From positions 4,387 through 68,386 of the forward strand of contig CAMTUB010000012.1 of the NCBI GenBank assembly GCA_947084835.1: a DNA stretch of 64,000 bases, read 5' to 3'. Made by a program: the position numbers and the translations under genes. This stretch comes from an uncultured Bacteroidota bacterium. Its GTDB lineage: Bacteria; Bacteroidota; Bacteroidia; UBA7662; CAMTUB01. The notes under the pieces were generated by a model, which had not been told where the DNA came from, made no database searches, and saw nothing but the letters and a program-made list of their open reading frames with translations. This document shows positions 9,087 through 17,702 of the stretch, one piece after another; positions within the stretch are counted from its first letter, which is position 1; each line of letters begins with the position of its first letter.

Positions 9087-10096
9087 GATTTAACCATATT
9101 TTCTAACGCTTCAATCCATATTGGATGCTCATTTACACAGGGAACTAATTGTACTTTTTCGCCACCAGCAGCTTTGAAGTCTTCGTCAAACTCATGAACT
9201 ATTTCGTATAAAGTTTCAAGGCAATCGCTAACAAATGCAGGAGAAAATGCCAGAATTTTTTTCTTGCCTTGCCCTGCTAATTCTTTTAAAACATCAGGAG
9301 CAAATGGAGTTGTCCATTTCTCTTTACCCAACCGAGATTGAAAACAAACTGTATACATATCCTTGGTAATATTCAATGTTTCAGCTAATAGTCGGGCGGT
9401 TTCAAAACACTGAGCTGAATAACAATGGATGTTGTTGTTAGTTAAGCTAAGGCAACATTTCCCATCGTCTTTACAATGTCCATTTGGATTCGATTTAAAC
9501 AATTGCCTAACCGGCAACCCATGAAAGCTAAATAGAACATGATCGAAATCTTTATCTAAAAAAGGCTTAGCTTTTTCGCAAACTGCCTTAATGTAGAGGG
9601 GATGGTTATAGAAATTATTGATGATTTTCAGGTTGGGATGATATTGCCATTTACTCATCAATGCCATTACCTTTTCTATCACTGACCCTGTAGAAGCAGA
9701 TGCATATTGTGGAAATAATGGAATCACAGTAAGTTCGCTAATGTTAGCCTTGTACAGTCTCTCTAAAGCAGCTTCAATGGTTGGCTCTTGATAACGCATA
9801 GCCATATCAACTACATATTCTGCTCCAAGTTTTTGTACCAATAATGCTTGTACATTTTGGGTAATTACCATCAAGGGAGATCCTTTTTCTGTCCAAACTT
9901 TTTTATAGATTGCTGCAGATTTTGGAGCCCTGAATGGAGCTATAATTCCCCTAACCAAAAGATTGCGTGATATAGGATTTATATCAATAACGCGCTCATC
10001 TAATAAAAACTCTTTTAAGTAAGTTCTTACATCTGAAGTAGATGGAGACAAGGGTGTTCCAAGGTTTATTAAAAGTACTCCTTTAATAGAATTCAT
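9083..10096 (-). CDS. hemH: Ferrochelatase
   Basis: MNSIKGVLLINLGTPLSPSTSDVRTYLKEFLLDERVIDI; 337 aa. Confidence 0.9.
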   Translation of the reverse strand: MNSIKGVLLINLGTPLSPSTSDVRTYLKEFLLDERVIDINPISRNLLVRGIIAPFRAPKSAAIYKKVWTEKGSPLMVITQNVQALLVQKLGAEYVVDMAMRYQEPTIEAALERLYKANISELTVIPLFPQYASASTGSVIEKVMALMSKWQYHPNLKIINNFYNHPLYIKAVCEKAKPFLDKDFDHVLFSFHGLPVRQLFKSNPNGHCKDDGKCCLSLTNNNIHCYSAQCFETARLLAETLNITKDMYTVCFQSRLGKEKWTTPFAPDVLKELAGQGKKKILAFSPAFVSDCLETLYEIVHEFDEDFKAAGGEKVQLVPCVNEHPIWIEALENMVKS

Positions 10097-10099
10097 TAT

Positions 10100-10792
10100 T
10101 TATGCTAGATTTAATTTATATCCTATTCCACGCACTGAATGGAAAAAAACGGGTTCTTTTAGGTTCGGCTCAAAAATTTTCCGAAGATTCAACATGAAAT
10201 TATCGATGGTTCTGGTGTTTATATAAATATCGTAACCCCAAACTTTTTCAAGAATTTCTTCGCGAGAAACTACCTGATTTTTTTTCTCGTAAAGCAATTT
10301 TAAAAGCATCGCTTCTTTTTTAGAAATACTAACTACACCGGTGGGTGTTTTAACTTCGTAGCTCTGAAAGTCTATACTGCAATTACCGATTGTGATATAG
10401 TTGATTTCAGATTGAAAATCTCCCTTTTGATGTGTTTTTATTAAAATGCCAACTCTCAACAGCAATTCTTCAAGATTGAATGGTTTTGTTAAATAGTCTT
10501 GAGCTCCCATTTTAAGACCTGCAATTCTATCTTCTGTAGCATTTTTAGCAGATAAAAATAGAACTGGAATATCTTTATTTTCGATTTGAAGCCGTTGACA
10601 AACTTCTAAGCCGTTCATTTTAGGAAGCATAATGTCAAGTATCACTAAATTGAATCTCTCGGATCTGGCGTATTGCAAGGCGTCTAAACCATTATTGACT
10701 GCAATAATATGATAGCCTTCCAATTCAAGATTTAATTTTATAGTATCTCTTAAATTGTCTTCGTCTTCAACAAGTAATATTCTGATATTCAT
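10100..10792 (-). CDS. OmpR-family response regulator (REC plus winged-helix), embedded in the heme operon
   Basis: MNIRILLVEDEDNLRD...DIMLPKMNGLEV... with a C-terminal trans_reg_C domain. Confidence 0.85.
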   Translation of the reverse strand: MNIRILLVEDEDNLRDTIKLNLELEGYHIIAVNNGLDALQYARSERFNLVILDIMLPKMNGLEVCQRLQIENKDIPVLFLSAKNATEDRIAGLKMGAQDYLTKPFNLEELLLRVGILIKTHQKGDFQSEINYITIGNCSIDFQSYEVKTPTGVVSISKKEAMLLKLLYEKKNQVVSREEILEKVWGYDIYINTRTIDNFMLNLRKIFEPNLKEPVFFHSVRGIGYKLNLA

Positions 10793-11949
10793 AATTTAAA
10801 TTTCGGGAAACGCACTTTGAATATGGTTCCATTTGGTTTGTTATCAGAAACGAAAATTTTGGCTTTATGTTCCTTCACAACTGTACTTACTATAAATAGC
10901 CCTAATCCTGTCCCTTTACTTGTGCGCGTATTTTCATTTCCTGACCGATAAAATTTGGCAAATATTAATTGTTTTTCTAATTCTGAAATTCCATCACCTT
11001 GGTCTGAAACTGAAAATATGACGCTATTATCTTTTTCTTCGGATAAAACGATATGAATTGATGTAGAGGGCGGTGAATATTTGATAGCATTCTCAATCAA
11101 ATTAAAAACCATGGATGAAATTAAAACTGAATCAGCATAAATATGTAGGTCGTTTTCGATTTCCCATATTAATGTTCTCATTCCGAGTTTATTGCCGTAT
11201 CTGTTTTTGAGTTTATGTAGTAATTCAGAAAAATTTACAGCTTCCTTTATGTATACAAATGCCTGATTTTCAAGCTTTGCTGATATAAGTATTTTCTCAA
11301 TTAAATCATCTAGCCTCGATAAGTCTTCAAGCGATTTTTCGATTAAGTAATGCACTTTTGACTCATCTAATTTTCGCTTTTGAATAGTCTCTAGCATCAA
11401 TTTAGAAGAAGCAACCGGTGTTTTCAGCTCATGGGTTACCGAAAGCATAAAATTAGATTGCATTGCCAATAATCTGTTTTTCTCATTTATTGCTTTTAAT
11501 AAGTTTTTGAAAGCCCAAAAGAGAAAAAGCGCAATAACAAATCCTTCGCCTATAAACATGTAAAATCTCCTGCTTTTTTCATTCGCAATACTCTTAATTA
11601 TTTGATGTTTTACCCCAATTTCTAGATATTTATTAGAAATAATAACATCTAATTCAGGAAAATTCAGGTTGATATATTTGATTAATAAACTAGCATCAAT
11701 TTGCAAAGTCTGATTTTCAAATTTCAGAGTTGATAGGTTAGGAGTTAATGAATCTGCTTTTGAATTTTGTATGGCATTTGTAAGAATAGCAATTTTAGCC
11801 TTTTCAATTTTATGAACTATAATTTCATTCTTATGCTCAAAAATCTCGTTGTTAGATTTAACTAATAAATATCCCCACCAAAAAAAAGCGGCAATGATAT
11901 ACATTACAACCGTATAAAATAGCAGCTTGGTATTGGTTGATTTGATCAA
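10789..11949 (-). CDS. Sensor histidine kinase (2 TM, ~100-aa periplasmic loop, HisKA plus HATPase_c)
   Basis: H-box SVTHELKTP, N-box NLIENAIKYS and G-boxes DQGDGI/GTGLGL. It overlaps the response-regulator start (ATGA). Confidence 0.85.
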   Translation of the reverse strand: MIKSTNTKLLFYTVVMYIIAAFFWWGYLLVKSNNEIFEHKNEIIVHKIEKAKIAILTNAIQNSKADSLTPNLSTLKFENQTLQIDASLLIKYINLNFPELDVIISNKYLEIGVKHQIIKSIANEKSRRFYMFIGEGFVIALFLFWAFKNLLKAINEKNRLLAMQSNFMLSVTHELKTPVASSKLMLETIQKRKLDESKVHYLIEKSLEDLSRLDDLIEKILISAKLENQAFVYIKEAVNFSELLHKLKNRYGNKLGMRTLIWEIENDLHIYADSVLISSMVFNLIENAIKYSPPSTSIHIVLSEEKDNSVIFSVSDQGDGISELEKQLIFAKFYRSGNENTRTSKGTGLGLFIVSTVVKEHKAKIFVSDNKPNGTIFKVRFPKFKL

Positions 11950-11962
11950 TTTTTATTTTTAA

Positions 11963-13264
11963 TTACGATTTAAATATAAGGTCAAATCCTCTATTTATTA
12001 TTGATGCTGCTTCTGTTAAAGTTTCTAGCCTGTGTGCACTAGAAATAAAGCCTACTTCATACCCAGATGGCCCTAAATAAACGCCATTTGTTAATAAGAA
12101 ATGGTACAAAATAGCAAACTTTTTCATGGATTCACTGTCAATTTCTGAGGCCGAACGAACTACTTCTTTTTCTGAAAGGCTTATCCAAAAAATAGACCCG
12201 ATGCTGAAAATGCGTACCGGATAATTTTTATGTTGGATATGGTTTTGAAGGATTTTAACAAAAAACAGCGTTTTTTCTTCTAGCTTTTGATAAAAACCTT
12301 CTTCTAAAAGTTGACTCAATTGAGCAAAACCAGCTGTCATTGCAATCGGATTTCCACTTAAGGTACCTGCTTGATAAACTGGTCCTTCTGGAGAAATAGT
12401 AGCCATTATTTTTGCCGATGCTCCGTAAGCACCCACAGGCAAACCACCTCCAATTATTTTACCGTAAGTCATAATATCAGGTTTTATTTGATAATGGCCG
12501 GCAGCTCCTGTAAATCCAATTCTGAATCCACTAATAACCTCATCAAAAATTAGCATGCTTCCGTGTTGGGTGCAAAGCTCGCGTAAGCGGTTTAGAAACG
12601 ATTTTTCTTGCAGTAACAAGCCGTTGTTTGCAGGAATTGGTTCAATAATTATACAAGCAATATCTTCTCCATGCAGGTGAAAAATTTCATTTAAAGCTTC
12701 AATGTTATTTAAGGGCAATACAATGGTTTCTTTTGCAAAACTTTCTGGCACTCCTGCAGAATCAGATTCTCCAAAAGTTACTAAACCAGATCCAGCTTTA
12801 ACTAAAAGATAGTCGGAGTGGCCATGATAACAGCCTTCAAATTTTACTATTTTATTGCGGTTGGTATACCCTCTAGCTAAGCGAATAGCGCTCATAACAG
12901 CCTCTGTACCTGAACTTACAAACCGTATTTTTTCTAAAAAAGGATGATTATTTAAAATAAGTTCGCCTAATTCGTTTTCTTTTTGGGTGGGTGCCCCGAA
13001 AGAAAGTCCGTTTTCAAGGGCCTTAGTTACGTTTTCTCTAATTTTAGCATTGTTATGACCTAAAATTAACGGTCCCCAAGATCCACAAAAATCTATGTAT
13101 GAGTTTCCATCCGCATCCCAAACGGTTGAACCATCCCCTTTTTCTATAAATAAAGGTGTTCCGCCAACAGATTTAAAAGCCCTAACAGGACTATTTACAC
13201 CCCCAGGAAATAAGGTTTTTGCTTTTTGAAATAACTGCTCTGATCTTGAAATATTTAAAGTCAT
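11963..13264 (-). CDS. hemL: Glutamate-1-semialdehyde 2,1-aminomutase
   Basis: 433 aa class-III aminotransferase; ...FPGGVNSPVRAF.... Confidence 0.9.
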   Translation of the reverse strand: MTLNISRSEQLFQKAKTLFPGGVNSPVRAFKSVGGTPLFIEKGDGSTVWDADGNSYIDFCGSWGPLILGHNNAKIRENVTKALENGLSFGAPTQKENELGELILNNHPFLEKIRFVSSGTEAVMSAIRLARGYTNRNKIVKFEGCYHGHSDYLLVKAGSGLVTFGESDSAGVPESFAKETIVLPLNNIEALNEIFHLHGEDIACIIIEPIPANNGLLLQEKSFLNRLRELCTQHGSMLIFDEVISGFRIGFTGAAGHYQIKPDIMTYGKIIGGGLPVGAYGASAKIMATISPEGPVYQAGTLSGNPIAMTAGFAQLSQLLEEGFYQKLEEKTLFFVKILQNHIQHKNYPVRIFSIGSIFWISLSEKEVVRSASEIDSESMKKFAILYHFLLTNGVYLGPSGYEVGFISSAHRLETLTEAASIINRGFDLIFKS

Positions 13265-13272
13265 AATAAAAT

Positions 13273-14838
13273 TTATAAAAAACTGCCATATACTAAGCCG
13301 AGAAGTTCTGATTCGTCTGGGTTTTTAGCAATAATAACATTTTCGACACCATAACTGCGCAATGTTGATGCAGTTTTTGCGCCTGGAACTATATACGTAG
13401 CCTTTTGAGATAAGGTATGCTGTTGCGCGTATGCATTTATATTCGAAGAACTTGTAAATACAAAAACGTCTGCCGAAATTTTTTCTAAATTTGGTCTTGA
13501 TGTTTTTGTTAAAACCTCTATCTCAATAATATTTACGTGATTTTCAATGATTTGTTGAACCGTTCTATGGCTGTTATTCCCAATCGGGAAAAGTACGGTT
13601 TGATTGTTTAACAGTTGTAAATAATCGTTACCAACTTTCTCGATATCCGAATCTGAGCCAATAAATTCAGGGGTAATGCCTAGTTTTTTTAGGACATATG
13701 CTGTACCGGTTCCAATAGCATCACAAACTAATTTATTGCGATCAACGGAAGAGTTTATTTCAAAAAATGCGTTTACGGTAGAAGGGCTTGAGAAAAATAT
13801 TCTATCAAATTTAGGCAATTCCACTTCATTTTTAAGGATGTAAGAAATACAAGAATGCGCTAATACCGAACCCTCATGCGCTTCAATCACCTTTTTAAAC
13901 AATGTGACTCTTTCTATTTCACGAGATATAAATACAGAAATTTTTGGTGGATTATTGCATGTATTAATGAGTTGCGATACGTTTTCAGTTGAAAAATCGT
14001 ACTTATTTATAAAAATAGGAGTAGAGTCTGCATCCTTAGATTTGCGAACAAATAAATCTATGTTTCCACGATTTTTTGTAGCAAAAACCCCTACAGGCAT
14101 ATGGCAACCCCCTTCAAATTTGTTTAATATTTCGCGCTCTAACCCAACAGTTTCTGCGACATCTTGATGATGCATTTTCTTTAATATTTCAAGCACAAAC
14201 ACATCATTTGACCTGCATTGTAAGCCTAAAACCCCTTGACCTGGCGCAGGTACAAAAAATTTTGGGTTTAATGGAATCGAAATTAAATCTGATAAATCAA
14301 TTTTTAAGCGGTTAACACCTGCAGCTGCTAATAGAATTGCATCGTATTGTCCATCTTTTAACTTATTGATACGAGTTGGGACGTTTCCTCTTAAATCTTT
14401 TATTGCAAGGTTATCTTGCAAACATACCAACATTGATTTTCTCCGAGCGGATGAGGTGCCAACGGTGGCTCCTTTTTTTAAACTCAAAATAGATGTTGGA
14501 TCGAAAGCTTCTTTTTTTATTAACAATAATTCTGAAGGATCCTCTCGGTAACTTAATGCTCCAATGGTTAATCCTTCTGGTGATTCAGTAGGTAAGTCTT
14601 TCAACGAATGCACTGCTAAATCAACTGATTTATTTAAAAGGGCATCTTCTAACTCTTTAGTGAAAAAGCCTTTTCCTTCAATTTTATCGAAACTCAAATG
14701 GTGACTTATGTCTCCTTTGGTTGTAATAATTTCAATCAAAGAGGGTATATTTATTTCAGCTAATTGTTGTTTTACAAAGTTAGCTTGCCATAAAGCCAGG
14801 TCACTTCCGCGTGATCCGATTATTATGGTTTTTTGCAT
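13273..14838 (-). CDS. hemC: Fused hydroxymethylbilane synthase (HemC, N-terminal ~300 aa) and uroporphyrinogen-III synthase (HemD, C-terminal ~220 aa)
   Basis: The N-terminus MQKTIIIGSRGSDLALWQA and ...GGCHMPVG are HemC signatures. The C-terminal half (ISVFISREIERVTLF...FFSSPSTVNAF...) is a HemD/HEM4 fold. It is a single 521-aa ORF. Confidence 0.8.
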   Translation of the reverse strand: MQKTIIIGSRGSDLALWQANFVKQQLAEINIPSLIEIITTKGDISHHLSFDKIEGKGFFTKELEDALLNKSVDLAVHSLKDLPTESPEGLTIGALSYREDPSELLLIKKEAFDPTSILSLKKGATVGTSSARRKSMLVCLQDNLAIKDLRGNVPTRINKLKDGQYDAILLAAAGVNRLKIDLSDLISIPLNPKFFVPAPGQGVLGLQCRSNDVFVLEILKKMHHQDVAETVGLEREILNKFEGGCHMPVGVFATKNRGNIDLFVRKSKDADSTPIFINKYDFSTENVSQLINTCNNPPKISVFISREIERVTLFKKVIEAHEGSVLAHSCISYILKNEVELPKFDRIFFSSPSTVNAFFEINSSVDRNKLVCDAIGTGTAYVLKKLGITPEFIGSDSDIEKVGNDYLQLLNNQTVLFPIGNNSHRTVQQIIENHVNIIEIEVLTKTSRPNLEKISADVFVFTSSSNINAYAQQHTLSQKATYIVPGAKTASTLRSYGVENVIIAKNPDESELLGLVYGSFL

Positions 14839-14842
14839 AATT

Positions 14843-16114
14843 TTAGATTTTAATGTTTCCCGGCATTCTGTGTTTTTCCGGAGTAATATTCAATATTTTT
14901 TGCTTCGCAAGGACCATAGGTACGCTTATGCATTTTTTTTCCATATACTCCATCATTCGGTGAATTAAATCTAAGGATTGTTCATCCATTTGATTTAATT
15001 CTTTTGCAAAAACCTCGTTTAATGCATTTGTACGAATTGATTTTATGTGTTCTGGATAGCTTCCTAAAGAGATCTCTAGGGTGCGTAAACGTAAAATTTG
15101 GTGTAATTCGTTTAGGTTTTGATCAATTATAATTTTGGCTTCTTCAACCTCTTTAAGTCTGAAAGCCAAGTTTTCTTCAATTTCTATTTTAAGGGATTCT
15201 ACTGAATAATACTCCAGAACATTTGGAGCAGCAGTTACTTTTTTATCAATATTAAAAGGAACAGCCAAATCAATCAATATTTTTTTATGCTCAGAATCTT
15301 TGTTTATTATTTCCCATATATCAGGAGTGATTATAGGAGTTGGTGCTGATGTACAAGTTATTAAAACATCAAAATTTGGGCAATTTTCTTCCAATTTTGA
15401 TAGCTCATAATAGCTGCCATTTATTCTTTCAGCTAAATTTTTTGCTTTTTCTAAGGTCCTATTAAAGATGGTGAAATTGTTATATCCTTTCTTATAGAGA
15501 TATTGGGTCAATAATGTGTTTGTTTCACCTGCGCCAATTAAAAGTATTGGAGCGTCAAACGGCAATTGGAAATTAATTAGTTTTCGAGCAGCTAAAGATG
15601 CAACAGAAATAGGTTTTTCGGCAATTCGCGTGTTGGTAAATATCTCTTTTGCGTTTTTAACTACCTGTTTCATTACCAATCGCAATAAATCGCCAGTAAA
15701 TCCAAGGTTTCTGCAAAATTCATAGGCATCGCGCATTTGCCTGCCAATTTCTCTCTCTCCGATAACTATTGATTCAAAAGAAGCACTTACTTCAAACAAA
15801 TGTTTTGCAGCACTAATCCCTTCAAAATAGGCTGCTTTTTCTAATAAGAAATAAATTAGATCGGGTGCTAAATTTGAGTAAAAAATATTGATGAATATTG
15901 ATATAAATTCATCTGTAAGTGGGATAGGTGTAGATAAAACAAACTCAACCCGGTTACAAGTTGCTAAATAGAATATTTCTTTTATTTCTAAAAGGTCAGA
16001 ATTTTTTAAATCTGATAGTTTTATCAATATATCCTCTTTCGGTACAACTAAGTTTCCTAAATCGCTAAGAGATAGATTTTTGTGTGTAAAAGATATAACC
16101 TTTAGATTGTTCAA
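14843..16114 (-). CDS. hemA: Glutamyl-tRNA reductase
   Basis: 423 aa with ...LATCNRVEF... and NAD(P)-binding GAGETN. Confidence 0.9.
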   Translation of the reverse strand: MNNLKVISFTHKNLSLSDLGNLVVPKEDILIKLSDLKNSDLLEIKEIFYLATCNRVEFVLSTPIPLTDEFISIFINIFYSNLAPDLIYFLLEKAAYFEGISAAKHLFEVSASFESIVIGEREIGRQMRDAYEFCRNLGFTGDLLRLVMKQVVKNAKEIFTNTRIAEKPISVASLAARKLINFQLPFDAPILLIGAGETNTLLTQYLYKKGYNNFTIFNRTLEKAKNLAERINGSYYELSKLEENCPNFDVLITCTSAPTPIITPDIWEIINKDSEHKKILIDLAVPFNIDKKVTAAPNVLEYYSVESLKIEIEENLAFRLKEVEEAKIIIDQNLNELHQILRLRTLEISLGSYPEHIKSIRTNALNEVFAKELNQMDEQSLDLIHRMMEYMEKKCISVPMVLAKQKILNITPEKHRMPGNIKI

Positions 16115-16171
16115 AAGCTTGACATTTATTCTGCTTCGAAGTTCTAAATTTTACATTTCATTAATGTCAAA

Positions 16172-16253
16172 ATTGTGTCACAATCGAGCTTTATTTATAT
16201 GAGAAAAAGCAGTATTAAGCCTATTAAAATAGGAAAAACATGACAATTGTCAT
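16172..16253. promoter_or_regulatory. hemA upstream region containing two palindromes: TTGTGtCACAA (16172-16182) and ATGACAATTGTCAT (16240-16253, perfect 14-mer). They are candidate operator sites.
   Basis: Read directly from the sequence. The sites lie 58-140 bp upstream of the hemA start on the minus strand. Confidence 0.35.
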
Positions 16254-16264
16254 AAAAGGATATT

Positions 16265-16768
16265 CTAGTCTATAGCTTCTTTTTTAACAAAAGCCTGAGT
16301 AATTGCAAAAGCAGGGAGTAAACTTTGAATTAGTGTAATCAAAAATTTACGAATAAAAATACCATTGTAGCTGAAATTAAACCTCACAATGTTTAGTTCA
16401 GCTTCTTTTCTTCCTATTTCTACATTTCCAGCATCGAGTAATGCTTTCTTGTCTTGGTATAAAAACTCTTCAAAACCTGGAAATACAAATTTATAAAGCA
16501 GGATAACACCTATATAAAAGCCTAGTGAAGATATAAATGCTAAAGCCATATTTTTGATAAGTAGGCCTTTAAAACTAAAAAGTAGCGGACTTTTTTGTAG
16601 CATTAATAACCGCATGGCTATCACCATTCCAAATGCAATTACCATAAGATTTACCAATAATCCGTAAGCCTCCCCCGGACGATTTGCCCAATTAAATTTG
16701 ATTACAGCAACTTCCCAGCAAAGCATGATTAGGGCTGTAATTATTCCTCTGTTAATAATCTCTTTCAT
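16265..16768 (-). CDS. DUF4199-like small integral membrane protein. The start is trimmed to MKEIINRG; the longer ORF-track N-terminus overlaps the tRNA.
   Basis: The protein has several hydrophobic segments, and the ORF track's extra N-terminal 36 codons run through the tRNA-Leu gene. Confidence 0.5.
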   Translation of the reverse strand: MKEIINRGIITALIMLCWEVAVIKFNWANRPGEAYGLLVNLMVIAFGMVIAMRLLMLQKSPLLFSFKGLLIKNMALAFISSLGFYIGVILLYKFVFPGFEEFLYQDKKALLDAGNVEIGRKEAELNIVRFNFSYNGIFIRKFLITLIQSLLPAFAITQAFVKKEAID

Positions 16769-16800
16769 ATAAAAAAAGGCAACCTTAAGGTTGCCTTTTG

Positions 16801-16882
16801 TACCCAGAGCCGGGGTCGAACCGGCACGAATCTCTCCACTGGTGTTTGAGACCAGCGCGTCTACCAATTCCGCCATCTGGGC
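16801..16882 (-). tRNA. tRNA-Leu (anticodon CAA), type II with a long variable arm
   Basis: The minus-strand sequence is GCCCAGATGGCGGAATTGGTAGACGCGCTGGTCTCAAACACCAGTGGAGAGATTCGTGCCGGTTCGACCCCGGCTCTGGGTA. The acceptor stem is GCCCAGA/TCTGGGT, the anticodon loop is CTCAAAC and the T-loop is GGTTCGA. No CCA is encoded. Confidence 0.85.
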
Positions 16883-16913
16883 AAATGCGATGCAAAGATA
16901 AGATAAATTTCAG

Positions 16914-17699
16914 CTATCGAACCTTTGAAGCAATATATTCTCCCACATTTGGGAATATATTTTCGGCAATACTACGTAAGTCATTTGATTTTGAGTCATA
17001 TATAATAGTAATGACATCGCCATAAATTAACTTATTTGTAGGTATGTAAATTGAAAAGTGTACAGAAATCTCTTTTTCGTAGTTTTTATTCTGTATATCA
17101 ATACAATGTTCGTATCGATTTTTGATTTCAAACGCGTTTATGAAAATAAACTGATTAGCTTCAAACTTATCTGCCATATAAGGTAGAATGTTTGGATTAC
17201 TAATGGTTGTTTTGAAATACTTTGTATCGCTTTTATATACTTTTACTTTGCTGTTATTAATGTAATAGACTTCCTCTTTTTCTTTTTTAAGAACTTTATC
17301 GGATTGAATTGCGAGTTTATCTTTTAAGGTTAGCTTCTTGTTTTTAGCTTCTAAAAGTGGCGTTGGAATATCGTATTCAACATTTATTGAATTGTAAAGA
17401 GATTTTAGGTCACCTACAATTGAATCGTTCATTAATTGAACTGTTGAGCGTGTTTTTTTTAATTGTAAGTAGATATTTTGATCCAATGATTTACGAATGG
17501 TAGCCCGCACATCCCTAGTGGTCATATTGTTTGCTTGTGAAATATCAACATCTGCTTCAGACAGATGTTGATTAGGCATATAAGGTATTAATACTACTTT
17601 ATTGTAATTTGATTTAACTGTATTGCCTTCTAAAACAGACTCTTGTGCATTTACTTGAAATGAAATTGTGCACGCTAAAGCGAATAACAGTTTTTTCAT
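16914..17699 (-). CDS. Hypothetical secreted protein (signal peptide) co-oriented 4 bp downstream of rseP
   Basis: MKKLLFALACTISFQVNAQ; 261 aa; I recognised no conserved motifs. Confidence 0.5.
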   Translation of the reverse strand: MKKLLFALACTISFQVNAQESVLEGNTVKSNYNKVVLIPYMPNQHLSEADVDISQANNMTTRDVRATIRKSLDQNIYLQLKKTRSTVQLMNDSIVGDLKSLYNSINVEYDIPTPLLEAKNKKLTLKDKLAIQSDKVLKKEKEEVYYINNSKVKVYKSDTKYFKTTISNPNILPYMADKFEANQFIFINAFEIKNRYEHCIDIQNKNYEKEISVHFSIYIPTNKLIYGDVITIIYDSKSNDLRSIAENIFPNVGEYIASKVR

Positions 17700-17702
17700 A
17701 AA

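Noticed and set aside
16801-16882. tRNA-Leu as an integration hotspot for a genomic island
   Set aside because: No integrase, transposase, direct repeat of the tRNA 3' end or compositional shift flanks the tRNA. The neighbours are dxr/rseP-side core genes and the hem operon.
16768-17025. ORF-track extension of the 203-aa ORF (to 16876) and the 75-aa ORF 16798..17025
   Set aside because: Both read through the tRNA-Leu(CAA) gene at 16801-16882. The DUF4199-like CDS was trimmed to the internal Met (MKEIINRG), and the 75-aa ORF is spurious.
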